NCBI GenBank assembly: GCA_963514005.1
Contig: OY740807.1
Location: 14,384,001 to 14,448,000 of the forward strand
Reading direction: 5' to 3'
Length of the DNA: 64,000 bases
Source of the DNA: Raja brachyura
Taxonomy: Eukaryota
In this document: piece after piece, positions 51,392-63,755 of the stretch
Numbering within the stretch: the first letter of the stretch is position 1
Layout: each line of letters begins with the position of its first letter
Made by a program: the position numbers and the translations under genes
The notes under the pieces: generated by a model
The model's database searches: none
What the model was told of the DNA's origin: nothing
The model's input: only the letters and a program-made list of their open reading frames with translations

Positions 51392-51951
51392 AGGGCCTGT
51401 CCCACTTACGCTACTTTTTAGGCGACTAGGCTGTCGCCACATGGTCGCCAGGGTGTCGTCTGCATGGTCGTGAGTAGTCTCCTCAGTTGCCGAAAGAGTC
51501 ATAACGTCTTTCTGGTCGCCGCTGAATTTTGGAATTTCAGTCGCCGCGACAGTGGGTTGATGCCAATGAGTGTAGCTTGACTTCCCCTGATGTAGGTGTT
51601 GTCGTAGGTTGTCGCCAGGTGACGTAGGTTGCCGCCGGTGCTGATTTTGGTGAATTCCATTGGCGACTACTACGTCAACCTACGTCCACCGGCGACAGGT
51701 ACCGGCGACTGAATTGTCTTCAGTTGGCTTCAGTTGTCGCCGACAGGGTTGTAGCTTGTGGACGTAGGTTGACTTCGGTTGTCGTAGGTTGTCACCTGTG
51801 TGGTCATAGGTTGTCGTAGGTGATAGGTTGTTGTCGCTTGTCGTAGACATTGTCGTAGGGGGCGGTTCAGTCGCCGGTTTTTCGGCAACCTGCTACGACT
51901 ATGACAGTCACCGGCAGTCGCCTAATAAATCGCCGAAGTGTGACAGGCCCT
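51392..51951. mobile_element. PIF/Harbinger-type MITE (560 bp) with internal GTCGCC/GTCGTAGGTT arrays
   Basis: TIR AGGGCCTGTC(C/A)CACTT…; TTA TSD at 51389-51391 and 51952-51954. Confidence 0.9.
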
Positions 51952-51964
51952 TTAGGTTACATAT

Positions 51965-52290
51965 TAAGTTGAGAAGAATGAGGGGGGACCTCATTGAAAC
52001 GTACCAAATAGTGAATGGCTTTGATAGAGTGGATGTGGAAAGGATGTTTCCGCTAGAGGTAGAATCTAGGACTAGAGGTCATAGCCTCAGAATTAAAGGA
52101 TGTTCCTTTAGGAAGGAGATGAGGAGGAGTTTCTTTAGTCAGAGGATGATGAATCAATGGAATTTTTTGCCACAGAAGACTGTGGAGGCCGTCAATGGAT
52201 ATTTTAAAGTAGAGATAGCTAGGTTCTTGATTGGTATGGGTGTCAGGGGTTATGGGGAGAAGGTAGGAGAATGAGGTTAGGCGGGAGAGA
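51965..52290 (+). mobile_element. CR1 3' end
   Basis: LRRMRGDLIETYQIVNGFDRVDVERMFPLEVESRTRGHSLRIKG…. Confidence 0.92.
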
Positions 52291-53759
52291 TTGAAGAGAG
52301 TTAGGCTCAGGCAGACCTAGAGGCAGGAAATGTTAGGGAGATGAATGCATGCAACTTTTGTGAAGGAGAGAATATTGGATATGTTTGGGACTAAATGAGT
52401 TGGTGAAGATCTGGATTTGGCTAAGACACTGGTCAAGAAAAAGAAATCCTTGGTCAAGTTATGAAATACATAAATAGAAACAGGGCAACGGGTTCAGTTT
52501 ACCCAAATTAACGAGGGAAATTATAATTTATACACAATTGAAAATCCAAAAGCGCATGGTGAGATAATTGGAAGTGGAGGGAAATGTCTTTGGTGTACCT
52601 GCAGATGCCCCCCCCTTAGATGATAGATATCTTCATATTGTCCCCTAATGATGGTTTGAAGTAGCCTTACACCAGTGCACTCAGATTCATCCCAGCAGTG
52701 CTCATTAACTCCTTTTGCTTGCATTTGCGTGCACTTGGTGGATGAACTCGAAGCGATCATCAACTCATTAACTGAGGCAATGCTTTACACACCACCCTGT
52801 GGCACTGAATACTGAGACCTTCATCTAAAGAAGCCCAAATTGATCACTGATTGAGCAGAAGAAAATAATCAACCAGGAATCCTGACACCACAAATCACAA
52901 GGACAGGATTTATCTCATTACTGATAGCTACCAGTATCAACCAGCAACTATAGCCTGGACCTATACATGAAAGTAAGACTATTTAGCGAGTTAGTGGAAA
53001 GCCGATAGCAGCCTGACACCATTAACCTTGATGTTTAAGGTGGAGGGCAAGGTGGGAGGAGAGATGATGGAATCTCCCGTTCGACCCTAACCTGAATACA
53101 AATACGTTTTTTCCCCCCATCAAATTTCAAAGGAGACTTTAATAAATGAGAATGGCTCTGTCCTGACATTACACAGTGCAGCTCAATCTCAAGCTGACTG
53201 CGAGGACTCTCTAATCTCTTGTGATTTATGGTGGGCTCTTCCTGCATCCCTGTGTTTCGGGAGGGCTGCATGTGTTCAGAGACTGGCTGGCGTCCGCACT
53301 CACTCTGGCAGCTCCTGCTGCTCTACCTCCACATTGATTTACTTAACTCCTAGCGAGGTTGGATCTTAAAAATAACGTACAGTTAAATTGCATTAAAACA
53401 TCATTATTTTTTTGGAAACATTCTCATCTGGTATTAATGTTACTCTTCTTAATTGCATACACAAAGAATATTCAAAATGTTGGGCTTCAAATCCCGACCC
53501 AGAGTCAATGTTTGGAAACAAGTTTGGAGACCCCCCCTGCCACTTTCCCTCCTCTCACCTCCTCCCCCAAATACTCTAACCTCACTGTCCTCTGTCCTCC
53601 ACCTGTGCTGTTTATTTTTTAAAAATGATTATAAAACTGGGAATTATCAGACATGTGCCGTGATGGGATTTATGGAACACAAGCATACAGAAACCTGGCT
53701 CCATGCAAGCACAAACACATAGTGTGAGCGCACACATAACAATTTCTACGGTCCAGATC

Positions 53760-54005
53760 TGACATTAAATGGAAGCCCCGTTTGCCCCCTCATGTGGCAC
53801 CACTTCAAAGAACAGCTGGGAGTTCTCCTCGATGTCCTGCTCCGATATTTATTTCTGAACATTAATAAATACATTATCTGATCACTGTCGCTGTTCAAAG
53901 CTTGTGTGAAAAGTGGTCCCACTTTATAGTAATGGTTACGCTGAAAAAAGTCCCATAGGTCATTTTGAGGTTGCAGAAGGCGCTGTGTAAATGCATCTTT
54001 CCTTC
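53760..54005 (+). mobile_element. SacSINE1/Deu-domain SINE
   Basis: gccccgtttgcccc…ggcaccacttcaaagaacagctgggagttctcctcgatgtcctg…aaggcgctgtgtaaatgcatcttt. Confidence 0.7.
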
Positions 54006-56359
54006 TTGTGCCTCGACACAAACAGTTTGTTTTTAGATCATTTACGCTTCGCACTTGGGGGGGGGGGGGGGGGGCTTCAGGTTGGGGTTGTGTTGTTTCT
54101 ACAGCCTCTCTCTCCAAGGTGGTCAGTCACTTGGCTATCGTCCCATTGAAGGGGAGGAGTTGAACTTGTCCTGTTACCTTTTTCCATTCTAAGTGCACGC
54201 ACATGCACATTTGACGGCAGAAGCCACAGGACGCTGATCAACAGCAGGACCGCTGGCATATTTTCTCCTCCCCCTCACTCATGGTTGCCGAGACTAGCTG
54301 TGACACTCAAGTGGTGGGCTTCTGGGATTAGCTGACACAGTACAGATCGGAGCAACCCTGGTGCCATGAGTTTTGTTTTATTGCTTAGATCTGTCATTTA
54401 TCTAGATGTCTTTTAAAGTCCTTCAATAAAGTGCCACATAATAGATTAATGAACAGGGTCAGAGTGTACAGAGTTACAGGAGAAGCAGCAGAATGCTCAG
54501 CTGGTGACTTCAAAACAAAAAGTGCAGAGATGAAAATTGGGAGCCCACATAGATCTCACCTGAGAACACCATAGTTTCAGTTTGTATTAACAAGTTAGAT
54601 TTAGTAACCAATAACACAATTTATTTATTTGAGCATGATACCAAATTGGGAGAAACTATCATATAGTATATTATGATAAACTATATGGAGACATCAATAA
54701 ACTTCCAGAATGAGCAAATGAATTTCAATCAGCCAAATATGAAGAATTACATTTTAGCAATGAAAGCAAGGAGGCCACATATAACTTGGCACATGGAATT
54801 AAAATGGGAACAGTCTTTAAAATTTCCACGTGAGAAAAAGAAAAAAAAAATAGTGATAACAAGATATGGATCGGAATGGTTTAGAGGTTTATGAGTCAAA
54901 TGCGGAAAAATGTGACTAACGTTGATCGGCATCTTGGCTAACATGAATGAGTTGTGTCGAAGGGCATGTTTTTGTGCTGTATGACTCTATACCAGATCAA
55001 GTCGGAAAGGCCGAGCGTTGTGAAAACATGGCATCCCACAGGGAATGCTTGGGGCAAATACTGTACCTACAGTTATCCACTCTCTGAGGATTGATAAATA
55101 TGTGAAAGATGGAAAAGAGAGTTATGCTGATATGGATCAGGAGGCTCAAGTAATGCATGATTGTCAGCACGGACAAGTTGGAGTGAACGGCCTGTCTGTC
55201 TGCTGCATATTCCATGTAATTCAATCCCAGGTAGACACAGATCAAAATTTGGCTTATTTGAAGGAACAGATGAAAGAGACTAGAAGGTTTGCAATTCCAT
55301 AATTAAATAAGAGGCGCAGTATTCAATGCTGCTAAACCGAATGGAAACTCTGAGATCCAACAGCCTAACTACAGTCAATTTACAAATACTTGACCTCTGT
55401 ACACAAAATTGTAGAGAACCTTTCCTTTTTGGGGGAATAAGACAATAAGAAACAGATGTTGCCTGATTAAAGACATGCAGATAGTGAGTGGACTAGTGCT
55501 TATATCAGTTTACATATTGTTTTTTAGTGAGCAGCTTTCTCGCTCTCAGTTACACTGACAATCCATATATTAAGTCATAACATGCCCCTCCCTAGGGAGC
55601 TGTTATAGACCTGCATCTTACATTCAATCAACTACACTAATAGTGACAAGCCAGTCAGCAGATGGGCTATCTACTGGTGAAGGCTATGTAAACGTTGGAG
55701 CGATAAGAAACAGAAGCAGAAGTGCGCCATTCAGCCCTTTGTGCCTCGTTTGCCATTCATTAAAATTAAGGCCAACCTCTTCGCCACTTTCCTGCACTAA
55801 CCCCATATCTCTTAATTCTCTTCATATCTAAACATCTATTGCTCTTTGTTTGAACATACGCAACGACAAAGCATCCACAGCCCCCACGGGTAGAGAATTC
55901 CGAAGATTTATTGCCCTCTCTTGTGAGGAAATTTCCTCTCATCCCTGACTTGAATGGCTTTGGTTGTAAAGTGCTTTAAAACATCCTGGAGTCACTTTGG
56001 AAATACAAGTTCCGTCATTATATTCTTCCCCCAATAATGGCTTGAGTGGCTTTTTACGTGGAATGTTCTAAAATGTGTTCATCACGGGGAGGGACAGATG
56101 GAATCATCGCTACTTTAAAAAATCGTTTTCGGGAAAGTGTTCTTCTTCCACTGCCTCCCTCTTCTAAAATGTTCCTTCCATTTGATCAGTTTAAGAAATT
56201 TGGGGAGAGCTGCTGTCTGTTCCTTGGGTGGACATGTAACATGCAACGGCACTATGGTGAAGAGGAACGAGGGAGTTCCTTCAATATACAGCTTCAAAGA
56301 AAAAAAATCATCAGGTTATTTATCTCTCTCCACAGATGTTGGCTGCCCCACTGAGTATC

Positions 56360-56730
56360 TAGAGTCATACAGCACAAAAAAAAAGGTGCTTGGGTTCACT
56401 GAGTTCACGGCAACCATCGGCACCCGTTTTCATTAATCCCACATTCAGCCCATTTTCATTCTCGATCCAGATTTTGCCCATCACCTCCACATGAGGGACA
56501 ATTTACAGTGGCCAATATACAGAACATGCCATATAGAGAACAGTGGTCAATTGCACTACTATCCTGCACTCCTTTGGAATGTGGGAGGATACCGGAGCAC
56601 CCAGGGGAAACCCACACTGTCTTCGGGAGAATGTGCAAACTCCACACAGACAGCACCGGAGGGCGGGATTGTACCTGGTACTCTGGCACTGTGACGGAGT
56701 GGCTCTTTTGGCTGCACCACTGTGCCACTC
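56360..56730 (-). mobile_element. HE1-type V-SINE
   Basis: tttggaatgtgggaggataccggagcacccaggggaaaccc…gtgcaaactccacacagacagcacc…gctgcaccactgtgcc. Confidence 0.85.
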
Positions 56731-56978
56731 CATTCACCAATGTGCCTTCTGTTTTATTTCATTGGGATTTGCAGGATCTTGTTGTGGTTAAATGACTGCC
56801 ACATTTCCTACATTACGTCAACATCTGCAAAATGTTTTTAAAGTGACTCCTTTAACGTTATATGGTTAGCTACGACACATGGGCTTAACAGTGCATTCAA
56901 CATCCCAAAATCAGTGGAGAAATACAAGTTTCCTCTTTACATTCTTATTCCAATAAAAGCTAGAGTGGTTCTCTCCCT

Positions 56979-57179
56979 GTGTAGGAAGGAACTGCAGATG
57001 CTGGTTTACACCAAAGATAGACACAAAATACTGGATTAGCTCAGCGGGAGAGGCATCATCTCTGGAGAGAAGGAATGGGTGACGTTTCAGGTCGAGACCC
57101 TTCTACAGACTGAAGAAGGGTTTCGACCCGAAATGTCACCTATTCCTTCCCGACAGAGATGCTGCCTGTCCCGCTGAGT
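56979..57179. mobile_element. Fold-back Penelope-derived element, two hammerhead-core units back to back
   Basis: …gacgtttcaggtcgagacccttctacagac|tgaagaagggtttcgacccgaaatgtcacc…; arms of ~70 bp are near-complementary. Confidence 0.85.
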
Positions 57180-57551
57180 GGTTCTCTACCTGACATGTCT
57201 GCACATTAACACGTTGAGCACAGAAACAGGGCCTTTGGCCCAACTCATCCATACCAACCAAGATCCCCATCAAAGCCTGTCCCATATGCCTGGCTCTGCC
57301 TCATGTCCCTCTGAACCTTTCCTATTCATGTACATGTCCAAGTGTCTTTTAAATGTTTCATTATCTGTCTCAACTACCACCTCTGACAACTCGTTCCATA
57401 TACCCACCACCCTCTGAATGAAAAAATCTCCCCTCAGATTTTTATTAAATCCTCCCTCTCACCTTAAATTTATGTCCCTCTGGTTCTTGATGCCCCAATT
57501 CTGGGTAAAAGACTGTGCATTCACCCTATGTATTTCTCTCATTATTTTATA

Positions 57552-57848
57552 TCTCATCTTGTATGAATGTATGTTCCCGAAATACAGCCAAACGGTACAC
57601 GAAAGCGCAACTATTTTAGTTGCCTTACTCACCATTCGCCTGCAGTGTGCAGTATTAAGTTTTGTTATATATTTAAAAGTAAATCACTTTAAAGACTTTA
57701 ATTAACTTTATACTCTGAACGGGACGAGTTTCAAAGCGGCAGTCGTGCCTGCGCCGTTCAGGGAGGTTTGTCAGGCCTGGCGCCATTTTCAGATCGCCAT
57801 TTTGATTAACATGACTGGCGTCACAACGGGGAACCAACGGCCGTCTAC
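57552..57848 (+). mobile_element. Probable non-autonomous Helitron inserted into a minus-strand CR1 fragment (57215-58010)
   Basis: Inserted between A and T, starts TC, ends gtctac (CTRR-like). Removing it restores the CR1 sequence ttttata|tatctc, as seen at ~50257. CpG-rich relative to the flanks. Confidence 0.55.
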
Positions 57849-58059
57849 TATCTCATAAATCCATCCCTCAGCACCTTGCAGTACAACAAATAAAGTTCTA
57901 TCCTGCCAGCCTCTTACTATAGCTGTGGCCCTTGAGTCCAGGCAACAGCCTCGTGAATCCTCTCTGCACTCTTTCCAGCTTAATGACATCCTTCTTATTG
58001 CAGGGTAACATGCCATTGGAGCTACTGGAATGGGTAGCTGGGGAAAGGTCAGCAATACG

Positions 58060-58302
58060 CCGACCATCAAGCAGCCATTCACAAGAGTTCTATGTTATCC
58101 CACTTCCTCATCCACTCCCTACACACAACGGGCAATTTACAGAGGCCAAGGAATCTACAAACCCGCACATCTTTGGGATGTAGGAGGAAACTGGTGGAAA
58201 CCCACATCGTCACAGGGAGCACATACAAACTGCATACAGACAGCACCCAAGGGCAGGATTGAACTTGAGTCCGTGTCACTGGGAGGCAGCAATTCTACCA
58301 GC
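58060..58302 (-). mobile_element. HE1-type V-SINE
   Basis: ccgaccatcaagcagccattcacaagagttctatgttatccc…ggattgaacttgagtcc…ggcagcaattctaccagc. Confidence 0.8.
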
Positions 58303-59094
58303 TAGGCCCTTCTGCCGTTTCTAGTCAGAGGCGTGGCACTGCCATCAAAACTATGATGTTGAGAAATGGAGCACTGTGTGGTGTACAGTACATGGGCAAC
58401 TACTGAATAATAGAAGCTGAGCTTCTTCTTTACAATGTGCCAGAAGGAAGCTTGGCTTGAAACATAACAACGATAATACACGCTTCCATCTGCTGACCTA
58501 AGATCACAGCAGATAGATAACATACGACATTCACGATTTCAGTTGTTTTCACGACTAAGAATTAGCTCGACAAGAAGTGATTGAATTTAGCAGGAGATGC
58601 TCAGCTTTCTTTTTACACTTCCTACAGGCAGGGTGCACACTTGTGCCATCCAATTCCCCATTCACAAGCTTCATTTGTTTTTGATGCAAAGTGTTTGGTC
58701 ACCAGTCCTCGGTCCCTCCAAGTGGCTTTGTGTCAAATTTTGTTTGACACTGCTCCTGTAAAATGCCTTGGGATGCTTTACTATATTAAATGTGCTATCT
58801 AAATGCAAATTGAAGCTGAATTGTCAAATAGAAGGGACAGAGAGAAATCCCGAGCACTAACAGAACATATCAAAGAGAAAATTCAGAGCGGCAGATACCC
58901 TAAGGCATATTTGTGCATTTCTTGGTCAACGCCAGTGTCCCTTGTTTGGATAACAGTCAATAATGCAAGGTATGAAGGAAAATGAAACACATAAAAATAG
59001 AAAGGTTTCTGCAATTGGGTTGGGAGCACAATTATAAATGGTGCTGCTTTTAATGCTTCGTATGGGAGTACATTCAATTAGTGTTTGTAATCTC

Positions 59095-59218
59095 TGCTGC
59101 GAGCATGTGTCTAAGCACGCGTGTGCACATGGGTTTGCATGCATGCACGCATGCTGTGCCTGTGTCCATGCATGCATTAGGTGCATGTGAAAATGCACGC
59201 ATGAATACCATATATGCA
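59095..59218. repeat. Alternating purine-pyrimidine (TGCA/CATG/CACG) low-complexity tract
   Basis: gcacgcgtgtgcacatg…gcatgcatgcacgcatgc…catgcatgca. Confidence 0.75.
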
Positions 59219-60303
59219 AGATAAAATAAATCAGGCACAAGAACAACAGTTGTTATGGCTGGAAGCACAATTGACACAGATTCGGCAGATCGGGGTGTCT
59301 ATTTGGAATACTTCAGGATGCCCAGCAGCCTGTGTACCACAGCAGAAGAGAGCATTGCTTTGAGACTTGAAGCGAATATAAGCCTTGAATACAAGGAGAG
59401 AAAGTACTGTCCGCCCACACTAGTTTAAACAAGCACAAGAGACTTTCAGCATCTACCACTTCCTCTCACACCACGGCCTGGCCTTTCCCTGACACCAACA
59501 CATTTGCTCTCTCTGAGAAATTCCAAACAGCATTTCCTCAAAAAAGATCAAACCGTGGGATAAATTTCTCTGGGAATCCTCATCCTCCCCACAGCCCATG
59601 ACTGCAGGTACTAAGAATAAACTAAATTCCAGGAAGTCTTTGGACTTATAATGCTGCTCTGGGAAAACGTTTGGTAAACCTTAACACGAGTGATCTCCAG
59701 GGTCAAAGACAAAAAAGTCATCGTGCTCGACACATCAGCTCCCTGTCTGCATTAAATGCCAATGCACTGGGTGTCAACGCCACTCACACTTCTTCTCTAT
59801 TTCATATATTGAGATTGCGTGGGAGTTGCAATCAACCCTTTTTATCCAGCACTTACTATCCAACAAAAGTACATGTGAGGACCACATTGTTACTTTGCGT
59901 GGGCCTTCATTAGAATAGGAAGGGGGTGAGGGAGGATCCTGCAGGCAACCTGAATCTGGATGATACCTGTAGGTCATCAATATTTCTTGTCAGCAAATGT
60001 ACAGGAATGGCTGTGTGGCCTGACATGGATTATATCGGTGTTACTGTGAGGGATTTATCAGAGGGCGTTTAGTCATGGTGTTTAAGAGACTTTTAGATCA
60101 CCACATGGATATGTAGGGAATGGTGGGATGCGGATCAAATGCAGGGAAGTGAGATTAGTTTAATTTGACATCATGTTGGGCAGACATTGTGGGTTGAAGG
60201 GCCTGTTCTTGTGCTGTACTGTTTAATGTTCTACGTTACAGTGAGTAGTGTGGCCGTCACAGTATGGGTTCGAGTATACCAGAGAGGGGAAAAGTGAGAG
60301 TTA

Positions 60304-60503
60304 NNNNNNNNNNNNNNNNNNNNNNNNNNNNNNNNNNNNNNNNNNNNNNNNNNNNNNNNNNNNNNNNNNNNNNNNNNNNNNNNNNNNNNNNNNNNNNNNN
60401 NNNNNNNNNNNNNNNNNNNNNNNNNNNNNNNNNNNNNNNNNNNNNNNNNNNNNNNNNNNNNNNNNNNNNNNNNNNNNNNNNNNNNNNNNNNNNNNNNNNN
60501 NNN
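60304..60503. other. Assembly gap (200 N)
   Basis: Run of N. Confidence 1.
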
Positions 60504-60529
60504 GGCCAGTTCAGTATAAAATACTCCAA

Positions 60530-60940
60530 AGTATTTAGAAGAATGAGGGGGGGGGGGGGGGCTCATTGAAACACACAGAATAGTGAAAGGCTTGGATATT
60601 GTGGATGTGGAAAGGATGTTTCCACTAGTGGGAGAGTCCAGGACTAGCGGTCATAACCTCAGAATTAAAGGGTGTTCTTTTAGGAAGGTGATGAAGAGAA
60701 TTTCTTTAGTCAGAGGGTGATGAATCTGTGGAAATCTTTGCCACCAAAGGCTGTAGAGGTCAAGTCAGTGGATATTTTTAAGGCAGAGCTAGATAGATTT
60801 TTGATTAGTATAGGTGTCAGAGGTTATGGGGAGAAGGCAGGAGAATGTGGTTTGGAGGGAGAGATAGATCAGCCATGATTGAATTGGCGGAGTAAACTTG
60901 ATGGGCCGAATGGCCTATTTCTACTCCTATCACTTATGAC
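60530..60940 (+). mobile_element. CR1 3' end
   Basis: FRRMRG…LIETHRIVKGLDIVDVERMFPLVGESRTSGHNLRIKG… plus 3' UTR. Confidence 0.9.
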
Positions 60941-61046
60941 ATCCGCACTTTGTGATGGAAGGAAGGTCATTGGTGAAGCAGCTGTACCTAGGTCACTGCC
61001 CTGAAGAAGTCCTACACTGTTATCTGCGGTTGGGACGATTGACTGT

Positions 61047-61550
61047 CAATAGACAATAGACAATAGGTGCAGGAGTAGGCCATTCGGCCCTTCGAGCCAG
61101 CACCGCCATTCAATGTGATCATGGCTGATCATCCTCAATCAGTACCCCGTTCCTGCCTTCTCCCCATATCCCCTGACTCCGCTATTTTTAAGAGCCCTAT
61201 CTAGTTCTCTCTTGAAAGCATCCCGAGAACCCGCCTCCACTGCCCTCTGAGGCAGAGAATTCTGCAGACTCAACACTCTCTGTGAGAAAAAGTGTTTCCT
61301 CTCCGTTCTAAATGGCTTACTCCTTATTCTTAAACTGTGGCCCCTGGTTCTGGACTCCCCCAACATCGGGAACATGTTTCCTGCCTGTCGTGTGTCCAAA
61401 CCCTTAACAATCTTATATGTTTCAATGAGATCCCCTCTCATCCTTCTAAACTCCAGAGTGTACAAGCCCAGCCGCTCCATTCTCTCAGCATATGACAGTC
61501 CCACCATCCCGGGAATTAATCTTGTAAACTTATGCTGCACTCCCTCAACA
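61047..61550 (-). mobile_element. Young CR1 3' end with (CAATAGA)n tail
   Basis: ORF 61139-61561 VEGVQHKFTRLIPGMVGLSYAERMERLGLYTLEFRRMRGDLIETYKIVKGLD… is intact. Confidence 0.95.
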
Positions 61551-61889
61551 ACCATAAGCATCTTCCTTCATGCAAGGTATAACTCCAACTATTGGCAGTG
61601 TTTTCTTCTCGACATCCAAGTTTTATCAAAAGCTATCTGAAATCTCCAACAGGCAGTGTAAAGCCACAATGGACACAAGGTCCGGCTGCTGTGTAATCGT
61701 TGATCCCTGCAGGGTCCGAGGCTGCGTTCAGCATCTGGGTGAACACACTGAATAATTTACATGGTCAAAATGCTTTAACATTTTGCCAGATCGAAAAAAG
61801 GTTATGCGGCTCATCTGCTGAATATATCACAGGTTTTTACATATGTTACAAGTAAAAACTTTAAACTACAAAAACAGACAGAGCCCTAT

Positions 61890-62170
61890 GTCTGTGGACT
61901 ATTAGAAAGTAATTTGTTTAAGTAACTTAATTAGCATCCGTCCTGTTTAATAAATGACCTGGCTTCCCCATCCCTAAACACAAATGGTGCTCCCAAAAAG
62001 GTCAGTTGATTACATAATTAATTAAAGGTGGCGGAACAGTGTGCTGGGGCACTGATGCCTCGTGCCATTTAACCAGGAAATGTGCCTTAGTGCACTTAAA
62101 GTCATGCATGCTTTTAGGTTGTCAAATCTCCAGAATTGTTCCAAGAATTAATGATTAAACTTCGAGACAG
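61890..62170. promoter_or_regulatory. Candidate conserved non-coding element
   Basis: Repeat-free island with TAATTAG, TTTAATAAA, TGATTACATAATTAATTAAA, AAGGTCA and TAATGATTAAA motifs. Inference only. Confidence 0.4.
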
Positions 62171-62569
62171 CAACACCTCAAGGGAAAAAAAAACAATTTA
62201 GCATTAAAAAAAAGTGCCCAATAAAATTATTTTTTTTAGCCTTCTTCTGTAAAAGCATGTTTAACTGAGAGTCAAAATATTTGTAATTGAGTTTACAAAG
62301 AGGCCATTTGTTTTTCAATTGGATATGGTTAGGTAGGGGGTATGGAGAGAAGGAATGGGTGACGTTTCGGGTCCTGGATGATTGATGCACATGGTGGCCA
62401 ATGGTCGGGGTATGGAGTTTGAATCCAGCCTTTATATACTTATTGTGTGGAAAACTGGGAGACACATTGATAGGTGGCAGTCATGTAACTAAACTATATT
62501 CATCCAGAGTTGACAATCCTACCAGGATCATATTCTCTCTTACTTTGCCAAAATAACCTGCACTGTTAA

Positions 62570-62763
62570 AACAGAAAAGGCTGAAAACATTCAACAGGTT
62601 AGGCAGCTTCCGTGGAAAGGGAAGATATTGGTCTGAAGAAGGGTCTCGACATTAAATGTCACCTATTCCTTCTCTCCAGAGATGCTGACTGTCCTGCTGA
62701 GTTACTCCAGCATTTTGCGTCTATCTTCGATTTAAACCAACATCTGCAGTTTTTTCCTGCACA
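62570..62763. mobile_element. Fold-back Penelope-derived short element
   Basis: gtctgaagaagggtctcgacattaaatgtcacc…catctgcagtttttcctgcaca, preceded by an inverted partial arm. Confidence 0.75.
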
Positions 62764-63299
62764 TATCAGTATTGGTATTGGTTTATTATTGTCACATGTC
62801 CTAAGATGCAGTGAAAAACAATGCTTATGTTGCTATCCAGGTAAATCAGACCATTCATTAGAACGATACAATGATATGATACATTAGTACAATACTGATG
62901 GTCGAGCAAATGAACCATCCCCTACCAGAGAGCAGTCCTGAGCTACCATGTATCTCATTGGAGACCCTCAGACAATCTTTAATTGGACTTTTCTGAACTT
63001 TATCGTGCACTAAATGTAATTCTCTTTATCCTGTAGCTGTACATTGTGGCGGCTTGATTGTAATCATGTATAGTCTTTCCGCTGACTGGATTGCGCACCA
63101 CAAAAACGATTTTAACTGTAGCTCGTTATACGTGACAATTCAGCTAAACCAATCTAAACTAAGACTACAGCACGTAGAGTGAAAAAAGGAAAAAAGAGTG
63201 CAGAATATAGTGTTACAACTACATTAAAAGTGCAGATAATTATAAGTGCAAAGGATGCAATAAAGTAGATTGTGAGATCGGAAACACATCCTTAGCATA

Positions 63300-63755
63300 G
63301 TTTCCAGTATATCGGCGAGACTGAGAGCAGGATCAGCGATCGTTTCGCTGAGCACCCACGCTCAGTCCTACCTGATCTCCCAGTTGCTCAACATTTTAAC
63401 TCCCCCTCCCATTCCCACACTGAGCTCCCTGTCCTCGGCCTCCTCTATTGTCATGAGTGTGGCCCACCGCAAATTGGAGGAACAATTGCGCCAGATTTAG
63501 CTTGGGCAGCTTACACCCCAGCGAAATGAACATTGACTTCTCTAACTTCAGGTAGCCCTTGCTTTCCCTCTTTCCCCATCCCCTCCACCTTCCCAGTTCT
63601 CCTACCAGTCTTACAGTCTCCGACTAGATTTTATCTCTGTACCGCCCACTCCCTGACATCAGTCTGAAGAAGGGTCTCTAACCGAAACGTCGCCCTTTCC
63701 TTCTCTCCAGAGATGCTGCCTGTCCCGCTGATTTATTCCTGCATTTTGTGTCTAT
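63300..63755 (+). mobile_element. Penelope-like element 3' end (GIY-YIG relic plus hammerhead-bearing pLTR), 9-bp TSD
   Basis: QYIGETESRISDRFAEHPRSVLPDLPVAQHFNSPSHSHTELPVLGLLYC…; SLGSLHPSEMNIDFSNFR*. TSD cttagcata at 63291-63299 and 63756-63764. Confidence 0.9.
63664..63691 (+). ncRNA. Putative minimal hammerhead ribozyme core
   Basis: CUGAAGA-AGGGUCUCUAACC-GAAA-CGUC with a GUC cleavage triplet. Stem II is partly mutated. Confidence 0.5.

Noticed and set aside
51392-51951. Regularly repeated short motifs suggesting a CRISPR-like array
   Set aside because: Vertebrate context; motifs are 6-10 bp without unique spacers; bounded by TIRs and TTA TSDs, so it is a Harbinger MITE.
60231-60569. ORFs spanning X residues
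   Set aside because: Artefacts of the 200-N assembly gap.
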